A stretch of DNA of 64,000 nt from Tubulanus polymorphus (taxonomy: Eukaryota; Animalia; Nemertea), in NCBI RefSeq assembly GCF_964204645.1, contig NC_134033.1, forward strand, positions 4,488,231 to 4,552,230. Reading direction: 5' to 3'. The position numbers were made by a program, and so were the translations under genes. The notes under the pieces were generated by a model. It was given only the letters and a program-made list of their open reading frames with translations, was not told where the DNA came from and searched no databases. Shown here piece after piece: positions 26,704 through 36,492 of this stretch (positions are counted from its first letter, which is position 1; the number at the start of each line of letters is the position of its first letter).

Positions 26704-29700
26704 CTAAGTTCTAAAATAAATTCAGTATAATCTCACCAGTGTCTAATTATTGATAATTGAAAAAATTAATTCATAATGGGAAAAGAATATATTTTCTCAG
26801 AGGTAGAGCGAAGTCGGGTGGACGATGGTATACAATCACGGGTTAGGAGATAATCAGAAGCCTCGAGAAACCTCGAGGGACCGCCACAAAATTGCGCTTA
26901 GAAACTGGAAACTTCTTTATTGGCTCCGCGGTCGGCGCAGTCTTTACTGTGGGTCGACGAAATGTATTCATATTTTCAAATATCGTTTTATGTGTAATTT
27001 CTTATCGTAACTTTTGTATTAAGTAGAGTGATTATCCTTAACGCTGCACTATAGAGGAAATAAATAATCATTATTTATCATTATTATCATCATAGTATAG
27101 AGATTATCCTAAAATGATGTAGAGATTATCCTAAAAAGGAAATACCCGGTAGTGATTATCATATCAGTATCATCATCATTTTATTGGTTGTCGTTTTCTC
27201 CGTTTATTTCGAGCTCGTATGGATTTCATATCGATAGTTAGAATAGTGTAAAGAAGCGGATTCAGAGTTGAGTTTATCGGCAAGAAAAGAACGGCAAGCC
27301 AAGCGGCAACCTGGTTCGGTATCTCGACCAAAAATACGGCGCAAAACTGAACGATTATCAACGGTAGCCAGCAAAATAAATTACACAAATTGATGACTAA
27401 ACTGCGTCGAGCTAGAACGAGTTCTGTAGGATCGGCTCTACCCGAACCGGATCTGCTTCCGGATACATACTTGTACATCTGCGCGTACGACATCATTATC
27501 AGAGTGAGAATGATCGCGTTTAATACAGCGAATATAGCGAACGAATATTGCCAACCATTGACATTTATAGAAACTAAATTCATAGGTAAACAGATACCCG
27601 TACTACCGTAAAAATCATCACCGAAATACGACGACCGAGACAGCGGCAGAAAGGCGATTAAACTCAGAAATATCCAGCATAAACAAGATAGAATCGAAAT
27701 GATATTTGAGGATAAAACCGGGTTACCGGAAAATGGGTCGATTATATTCGAATATCTGAAACGCGTGAGGAGAAGGAGAAATGTTAAAGAGCCTTCGCAA
27801 GATATCGTCACCACAATTCCGGCGACTCCGCATAATGAACTACGAGTCCAAGTTTCAGAATTCAGAAAATAAACACCTTTATAAACGTGATCAGTTGCAG
27901 CGATCAGAAACAGATAAACAGACATCAGGAAATCACAAAGCGCGATATTAATGATGAGGATATCCGACGATTTATTTTGCGTTTCTGACGAAACTCGAAT
28001 CGACCTAAAACGAAATATAATAACAACAATATTGGAAACGAATGTAAAACAAGCGATGATCCAGATAACAGCTGTGAGGACAGTGTTCTCAATGAGGTCT
28101 GAACACGATGAGAATTGATCAGGATCCGGGAGACACCGGTCAATATTCGGTGCCATACAACAGAATTTATACGCGTCCGTAGCGAGAAAATATAAAGACG
28201 TCAGATTATCAAAGATATAATTTTCCGTAGAAATGATCCGAGAATTGTTGGTGAAATCTAGAACTCCCAGTGAACTCAACCCCGTAAACGCGTATCTGGA
28301 TATTGATCTGATTGCGTTACTGCTGATATTCAAATATTTCAGCGCTGGTAAACCTCGGAATACGTTACGAGTAAGAATCGATATAGAGAGTTCACGGAGA
28401 TCCATAACCGGAAGTGACGTCAAACCATCGAAGCTTCCATCGTTCAAATATCTCAGCGGATTTCCGGCGAGTAATAGTTGTTTCAAACTGTTTAAACCAG
28501 TGAATGTATCAGCGTGTAGTGATACTAGGCGATTATACGACAGATCTAATGTATTTAGATTGCGTAGATTAGAAAACGCGTTGGAGACAATGTCAGATAA
28601 ATGATTACGGGAAATATTGAGTAAGAAAAGGTACAGAAAAGAGGAAAATGTCGATTCATTAAATCTAACTCGGTTATTCGATAAAATCAAAACTCGAGTC
28701 GACGCGGCAAAAATTCCAGAAATATCCGATAATAAAGTATTTTCACAATCGATGAAACGACCTTGACATTTACAATAGTTAGGACACGTGACGTCGCAGT
28801 AAGCCTCGTCATCCGAGTTATGTTTACAATTAACGACGCCATCGCAAACTTCCGACTGAGGAATACATCGATGTTCGTCAGCGCATTTAAACATTCCCGG
28901 ACACGAAAACGTTTCGCAATTAAATTCATCTTCTGAATTGTGACAATCTGATCGACCATCGCACACGTGTCTAATCGGTATACAGTAAGACGATGGACAT
29001 TTCACTGTACCAGCTGGACATTCAAACTCATTACAATTCAGTAAATGTTCGAGTCTTCTACAAACAGGAAAACCTGTCGGCATTCTTTCTAAAATACATC
29101 TATCTCTTCTCGCGTAACAATGAGGAGAATCGAATGAACATCTCTGTTTATCCGATTCGGTACAGAGTGAAGTGAAATTGGTCGTGCAGTAGTTCTCTGT
29201 AGTGCAGTGAATTTGTGGTTTGATTGTTATATCGGTCGTTACTATTTCATCTTCTTCGAGGTCCCCGCCACAATCTACAACACCATCCCGATACAACAGA
29301 GAACTGATACATTCGCCATTTACGCACAAAAACCCGTTACATTCGTCCGAAGAGCAGTCGATCTCATCGGATTTATCTCGACAATCAACCAGTCCATCAC
29401 ATCGTTTATATTTACCCACACATTGTCCGTCGTTACACTTAAATTGATCAGAGGAACATGAAATATGATAGCACGAGTTCTCATCCGAGCCATCGACGCA
29501 ATCTCTCATAAAGTTACAGAAACCGCTAATCGATATAACGTGTCCATCGTTACAGCGGAACTGACTGTGTAAATTGATATCCGTACAATCGAGTTCATCT
29601 TCACCGTGTTGATAGTCGTTTCTGGTATCGCATACGCGATGGTCGCTGATACATCTTTGATCGTTACATTCAAACTGCCACGATTTACAACCGCTTATAG

Positions 29701-31221
29701 AAGCTAACTCTTCACCAGTTACATCATAGGAACACAGCACGGAATGAGCTTCATCTGTGACATTATCGAAGGCAGTCATTGACCATTTCACTGTTTGAAA
29801 ATATGTTATCCAATCTCTAATTACAACTGGTTTTATTGCCATAATTCTTCCGCTTGTATGATTAGTCAGTATAGCGCCATATTGATGCTCATAGTGGAAA
29901 ACATTTATCAAATGCTGAATTTCAATATCAGATGTTATTATACCTATGTCTCCGACGATTGTGAGACACATTTCTCTGGCTGTCTGGATTGTTAAACTTT
30001 CAGTATAAAGCGTTTTCCAGGCGGTAAGTATCTGATAGCAATGCGCTTCTATATGAATCCATCCTCTTTAGACACGTGGATTTAAATCGTTCAGAGTTGT
30101 TCCGCGTTATTTCAGTTGTTTCGTTTTGTGAAGATGCATTAAAATCGTTTCTTTCTGTTTCACAAATGAATGTCGTATGTGTCTCCTCGATTTGACACGG
30201 GAATCGAACCCAGTTCGCCGATCCTCGTGGATTATTCAATATCATCGCCGTACACGGCATATTGACGTCATTTATCGGTTGTTTTCTTAACGGAGATATC
30301 AATCCCCGAATAACTTCTGGTATCGTTTCATTAACAGCAGCAGGTTTAAACCATTCTGTGTAACTGAACGGTTTCCCATCAGACCACGAATAATAATCAC
30401 TGGACTCCTTTAAAACAAAAAACAAATATTTGTTATACAACATTGCAGAAAACTCTTTTTGGATTGTTTTCTGTGTTCTAATCATTTTTGGAATAACTTC
30501 ATATCTTTACACATGACAAGAACATAGATCATTATCATCAAAGCTCAATTAAATGATTAATATTTGATATGTATTTTACCTGCCATCTCAATCCAATCAT
30601 CACAATAAGCGCCGCCTGTGAATATGCCTCAGAAAGCAGTTTTGTAGCGAACAGCTTTTTCACGGCCATCATTTCACGTTGAGAGTTGATACTGAGAAAA
30701 TGTCCTCCATATTTCTGTTGACAGTAAATTTCAGCGTTCTCCCAATTCAGACGTTCACGTTTGATGTATCTAATACACGAAACGCCTGAATCTATAAAGT
30801 CTGATCGGCAGCCATTAATTCGGTGTTTCAGTAAAGGCGATTGTTCTAAAGTGTATTGAATTCGAAATATTGGCATGAACTGTGACAACTCAAAATACAA
30901 GTCATACCCGAGTAGACTGTACAATACAAGTCCTGCTACTGCGTTATTTTCACATATTGTTGTTGTATGACGGGTTTCTGTGAAGGTGGAAAATAAATTG
31001 TTCGGATCCTCGAATGTTTTGATAATTTGTGTTAGTACTATTGATCCCCTTGAGCGGGTACCAATTGATTCGGAGCATGATGTTTGTCCGATAAATTTAA
31101 ACAGGAATCTGATGTAATGATTTATATTTTTGTCAGTAGGATAAGAGAAAATAAAGAATACATGTTAAGGTGTTTGGGTCCGCTGGACCGTTAGAGGCTG
31201 GGCAACACAGCCAGTTCCACG

Positions 31222-32019
31222 AAATCAGTTTCCGTTCCGCTCATGTATAGACACTCTCAGGACTCGATATACAGCCGCTCGGACTGATGCTAAGGGCAGT
31301 CAATTTACTCCCGACGTGTCGTTTTATCAACATAACGCTATATCAATATTCGACAACCAAGGAATACCTGGTCGAATCGATACCGCCCGGCGGTCACACA
31401 AAAAATCGCTTCAGATCACATCAGATCGATGATTTTAAGAACCTCCTCAATCCAACAGATTGAAATATAGACGTAGTTGATACATACGCCGACAGATGAT
31501 CGGTGCGATTACCCTCGCAACACCAACGGACCCTGTTTTGACAGGACGGAAAGTACTCTCCACACGAGACGAGGAAAGCCCGTCCCACCTTTGCAAAAAT
31601 CTAACATCCATATCGGTTCTCACCACTACCCGCCACCGTAAGGCCTCGAATGTGTTGCTGATACACACGCCATCTATCTGATTAGGCTATCAGTACTATT
31701 TGCAATAACTTGCAATATAATACAGTCATACACCGACGCCGGTTTACTATATATAAAAGAAACAACACAATGTGTTCCTCACATTCTCAATATGAATTAC
31801 TCGTTTTTATTTCTACTGTGAATGATATAATTGTTACATTGCTACACCCTCGTGAACTGGCTGCATCACCCAGCCTCTAACAGTCTTACGGACCTAAATA
31901 CAACTTTTTCTACTGTGGATATTTAAACTACATACTAATGTGTACATATTGCTACACCCTCGTGGAACTGGCTGTGTTGCCCAGCCTCTAACGGTCCAGC
32001 GGACCCAAACACCTTAACA
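31222..32019 (+). repeat. 5' pseudo-LTR (~798 bp) of the PLE
   Basis: Matches 35695-36492; both copies give identical 73-aa and 61-aa ORFs in the track. Confidence 0.95.
31811..32012 (-). ncRNA. Tandem pair of a putative structured RNA motif in the pLTR (also 36284-36485; partial inverted copy 31161-31221)
   Basis: Two diverged ~90-105-nt units. Minus-strand hairpins are GGUC..GACU / GGUCC..GGACC, GGCUG-G(GUGA/GCAA)..-CAGCC and UGUA-GCAA-U(GUA/AUG). Linkers GUUAGA, AGUUC(C)ACGAGGG and CACAGUAGAA are conserved. Function unknown. Confidence 0.55.
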
Positions 32020-32389
32020 TGTCTTCTTTTTCCTACCCCCGGGTAGAAGCCGTTGTTTCAACGTGAAAATGGCCAACATAGACGGTGTGTCCAGCCACCC
32101 ACATCGGTAGCAGAATAGCAATATCGGTTCTATTTACAACCAACCATACGGTTAACTGGTCCCTGCTACGGCACGGAATTACTTGAGGAATACCAGTAGA
32201 TCGCTAACTCGAACGATCCCGTGTGGGTAACAGAACTTGCCGTGAACATCACGGTCCACACAATTTATACACAGAATCACCCCCTCATACACTGAAGGAG
32301 TGGAAAACCTGATAAATACACAGAAGAACGATCACGCAATTAGCAAATCACAATATATACACACAACACACCACCGGATGTGTACTACA

Positions 32390-32535
32390 CGACGTCAAGT
32401 GACTCAATGATTTTCTAGCCAATCAGCGCGTAACAGTGATAATTAGCCTGTGAAACAACAAACTCTCCGATTGGTGCCCTGCGGGAGCACCCAGAGAGTA
32501 TAAATAGTTAGCTATTCACTAACTGATCACTAACT
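32390..32535 (+). promoter_or_regulatory. Putative internal Pol II promoter of PLE ORF1
   Basis: gacgtca (CRE-like), tgactca (AP-1), agccaatc and gattgg (CCAAT in both orientations), TATAAATA at 32499-32506, and an Inr-like tcact ~28 nt downstream, before the ATG at 32567. Confidence 0.55.
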
Positions 32536-32566
32536 GCACTACATTGACTCGCTCTGTATCAGTATT

Positions 32567-33193
32567 ATGGCTCTTGACGACATGTTCACAGAAACCGAAA
32601 TCGACGAGATGATGAGAGACCTGGACTCAACCAACGCTACCGCGACGCCGCCATCGGAACCGCCGCACCCGTCTACCGAGACCAACTCAACAAGACCCGA
32701 ACACTATTCGGCTCTTAAGATGTATGAAGACTCGAGACGGAGGGTACTGCAACACCAACATCACGGCTCGCTACTTAGAATCGGTTTGGTCGCTGGCGAA
32801 GTGCCGAAACACTTCAAAATCCACTTACCCATCAGACTGATGGAAGCAGACAGGAATCCAGACGTTACAAAAGACTGGATTCGCAGACTCCACCAGACGA
32901 GTCTAGATCTGATGAAGATTTCGGCCCGCCACCACGAAGCGATGGCCGACCAAAACCGCCTCAAAGCAGAGGCGATCGCAGCTGAGATCTTAAAGTTACC
33001 AGGCGCCTCAGAAGCCCAGCTCAAAGAAGCAGAAGCTAGCGCGGTCACACCGAAATCAGCTCCGGCTCAACCGACACCAATGGTGAACGAAGAGGACCCT
33101 ACGGCGGCACCGAAGAAACGTCACCCGAGTAGGGGACGTCACCAATCCGGCGGCCGCTCTAACTACCGGGGCAAGCGACCGAGAAGAGAATAA
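32567..33193 (+). CDS. PLE ORF1, 208 aa: helical core, basic RG-rich C-terminus (putative nucleic-acid binding)
   Basis: Intact ORF inside the element. H..LL......VPK.F.I..P....W...L...SL.LM resembles, from memory, the N-terminal region of Neptune-type PLE polyproteins. Ends PKKRHPSRGRHQSGGRSNYRGKRPRRE. Confidence 0.75.
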   Translation: MALDDMFTETEIDEMMRDLDSTNATATPPSEPPHPSTETNSTRPEHYSALKMYEDSRRRVLQHQHHGSLLRIGLVAGEVPKHFKIHLPIRLMEADRNPDVTKDWIRRLHQTSLDLMKISARHHEAMADQNRLKAEAIAAEILKLPGASEAQLKEAEASAVTPKSAPAQPTPMVNEEDPTAAPKKRHPSRGRHQSGGRSNYRGKRPRRE

Positions 33194-33720
33194 TCCATTT
33201 TCTCTCTCACAACAACACACACTCTCTCAACAGTCCTTATCAGGACTACCCCTATGTCTAAGACAGACTTAGTCCATCTCAGTCCGACGCAAACCCATTC
33301 AAATGTTTGCAATAGATTTCTATCTGAACAGTCGTTCCCTTGAACCGCACTCCGACGTTAACCGTCCGCGTGTCTAAAAACAAGGCTCATATACATGTAT
33401 TCATAGTTTAATGGGAATTCATTTTTTATTTCTATTTATTTATTCTTCCATCAGAACGAATACACACGAGCCGCCATCGTGCATTATACATTATATGTAT
33501 ACAAAACACGCCCGCATACAGAGAACAGTGTTAATCACACGACTAGGTCGATTATCCACCTATTGATTACACTCATAGAGCCACTAACAGCTAAACCCTT
33601 TTGCTCTACAGCTGTTTAATACCGATCTACTCGGCTAATCTAGCAGTGTATCTAACCAGACGACACACGCGGAACTCTGCTCACAGTATCACGCACTCAC
33701 ATTCCAATCTTACTCCCCTT

Positions 33721-35590
33721 ATGGGTAGGAGGAAAAACAACCAGTGGAAAAACCACTCAACTGGGTCACGCATCAGCCGAGGTAAACCCTCCGCTACAAC
33801 TGCCTCCCAGCACAACAGATTTGTGGTCAACCTATCAGACCACGTGGTTAGCAAAACCACCATTAATGCATTAAGCAAGGGTCTGAAATTCGTACCCAAT
33901 AATGCACCGACACAGAAGGACGAACTTCTCACGGCCGCCGAAGCTTTCTTCCGCCGCCTTAGGTTGAAATATATATTTTTTAACCGTGAGAAAAACTCAC
34001 TGCACCCCTTCAAAGGGATAAGCCAATTCAATCCGCTTACATCAGGCGATCGCCGGCTCGAACGTTATATTGAACTAACGCGTACAGAGCTCAAAAAAAC
34101 TCAATCTCACGCAAAAATTCAAATCCAATTTATCGAGAAACGAGATGAAAGCGATCAACGAACTAAATCGGAATAAAGATCTCATTGTAAAACCCTGTGA
34201 CAAAGGGGGAGCCATAGCTATCATGAGCAAAGACTCTTACAAAAAAGAAGCTCTGAGACAGCTAAATGACACCAACAGCTACCGGTCAATCGCTCCACCC
34301 GACACTACTTTAGTCACAAGTGAAATAAAAAGAATCATAGACGATATGAAAAACAACCAAGAAATAGACCATGTTACATGGCTATATCTAACACCGGGAT
34401 CTGATATCAAAATCCCCGAATTCTACCTTCTACCGAAAATTCACAAGGTCAACAACCCGGGGAGACCGATCCTAAGCGGCAACAATGGCCCCACGGAAAA
34501 GATATCCAAATATCTGGACTATTTTCTGAGACCAATCGCGAGTCGAGTATCAACATACATCCAAGATACCAATGACTTTCTCAACAAAATCAATTCCCTC
34601 CCTCCCCTCCGCAAAGATGCGATATTGGTGACAATGGATGTCAAAAGTCTATACACCAACATCCCTCACGGAGAAGCCATCAGTAGCATCTTAAGAAGTC
34701 TAGATGACTTCCCGCTACAATACGCAGTTCGCCGTCCAGACAAAAGACGCTTCGTTCAATTCCTGAATCTCATACTGAAGAGAAATGAATTCTCTTTCGG
34801 GAAAAACGAACACCGCCTTCAAATAGAGGGTTGCGCCATGGGTTCAACAGTCAGCCCGAGTCTAGCGATCATATTCATGCATTATCTCGAGACTAAATGT
34901 CTCCGCTCGGCACCGAACAATACTATACCCATGTTATATTGGAGATATATAGATGATATATTCTCAATCTGGACCCACGGTGAAGATAAACTACTCGAAT
35001 TTTTCGAACATATGAACCAATCACACCGTACCATCCAATACGAACTGACACAATCAAGGGAGAAGGTACCCTTCCTAGACGTTGAAGTCTACAAAGGGAA
35101 AGATTTTGAGAACTCAGGTAAACTCTCAACAAGGGTGTACACAAAACCCACGGACGCACACTCGCTCCTACACAAAGAATCGTGTCACCCGCCTCACTGC
35201 AGCAACAACATTGCATACGCACAGGCTCTCAGATTTAAGAAAATCTGCTCGGACGAAAGCGAATACCGCTCACAATGTAAAAAACTACAGGGTTACCTCC
35301 GGGCCCGAGGCTATAGTGCTCGCGAAATCCGCGCTCAAATCTACAAAGCGGACCAACGATATCGTACGGATCTCTTACACACGCGCACAAAAAAGCGCTC
35401 ATTTGATTCAATCTCACTGATCACCAAATACCATCCGAACACGGATAATATCCGTCAGTCGCTTACAAAACACTGGAAGATAATCCAATCGAACGCGACT
35501 CTGAGAATAATATTCAAGGAACCTCCTAGAATACTATTTACACGCGGCAAAAATCTTTGAGACATTCTAGTCCGCGCGAGATGTGTGTAA
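33721..35590 (+). pseudogene. PLE reverse transcriptase ORF with a +1 frameshift (A7 run ~34093-34099) and an in-frame TGA at 35558-35560
   Basis: VVNLS...LSKGLKFVP, KPCDKGG, FYLLPKIHK..PGRPI, MDVKSLYTNIP, GCAMGS..SP, WRYIDDIF, PFLDV, VYTKPTD. Ends RGKNL*DILVRARCV*. No GIY-YIG ORF follows. Confidence 0.92.
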
Positions 35591-35694
35591 GGCACACCAC
35601 CATCTCAACCTCAATACCGTAATAATAGTCGGTTTTATGTGCTTCATACGAATCCTTCAATCAAGATTTATGCAAAATAAGGTGAAAACCGTTT

Positions 35695-36492
35695 AAATCA
35701 GTTTCCGTTCCGCTCATGTATAGACACTCTCAGGACTCGATATACAGCCGCTCGGACTGATGCTAAGGGCAGTCAATTTACTCCCGACGTGTCGTTTTAT
35801 CAACATAACGCTATATCAATATTCGACAACCAAGGAATACCTGGTCGAATCGATACCGCCCGGCGGTCACACAAAAAATCGCTTCAGATCACATCAGATC
35901 GATGATTTTAAGAACCTCCTCAATCCAACAGATTGAAATATAGACGTAGTTGATACATACGCCGACAGATGATCGGTGCGATTACCCTCGCAACACCAAC
36001 GGACCCTGTTTTGACAGGACGGAAAGTACTCTCCACACGAGACGAGGAAAGCCCGTCCCACCTTTGCAAAAATCTAACATCCATATCGGTTCTCACCACT
36101 ACCCGCCACCGTAAGGCCTCGAATGTGTTGCTGATACACACGCCATCTATCTGATTAGGCTATCAGTACTATTTGCAATAACTTGCAATATAATACAGTC
36201 ATACACCGACGCCGGTTTACTATATATAAAAGAAACAACACAATGTGTTCCTCACATTCTCAATATGAATTACTCGTTTTTATTTCTACTGTGAATGATA
36301 TAATTGTTACATTGCTACACCCTCGTGAACTGGCTGCATCACCCAGCCTCTAACAGTCTTACGGACCTAAATACAACTTTTTCTACTGTGGATATTTAAA
36401 CTACATACTAATGTGTACATATTGCTACACCCTCGTGGAACTGGCTGTGTTGCCCAGCCTCTAACGGTCCAGCGGACCCAAACACCTTAACA
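35695..36492 (+). repeat. 3' pseudo-LTR of the PLE
   Basis: Direct repeat of 31222-32019. Confidence 0.95.

Larger units (their letters stand above)
31161..36492 (+). mobile_element. Penelope-like retroelement (PLE): short inverted pLTR end + direct pLTR + ORF1 + RT ORF + pLTR
   Basis: Direct repeats 31222-32019 and 35695-36492 (offset 4473, no differences seen). 31161-31221 is the reverse complement of the pLTR 3' end. Inserted in exon 2 of copy B at aat[aca]gtt, with only 2-3 bp of duplication or microhomology. Confidence 0.95.

Noticed and set aside
31951-31996. HDV-like ribozyme on the plus strand (ccctcgtgg...ctaa)
   Set aside because: It has an L3-like segment, a P4 and a CUAA, but only ~4 nt are available for the 7-bp P1 strand, so the nested double pseudoknot cannot be built by eye.
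35558-35560. Selenocysteine TGA in the PLE RT
   Set aside because: The position matches R/K in the NL(R)DILV motif (simple CGA/AGA to TGA change), not a Cys, and I saw no convincing SECIS.
31222-36492. LTR retrotransposon (because of the ~800-bp direct repeats)
   Set aside because: No TG...CA ends, 4-6-bp TSD, PBS, protease or integrase. The RT motifs and inverted stub are Penelope-type.
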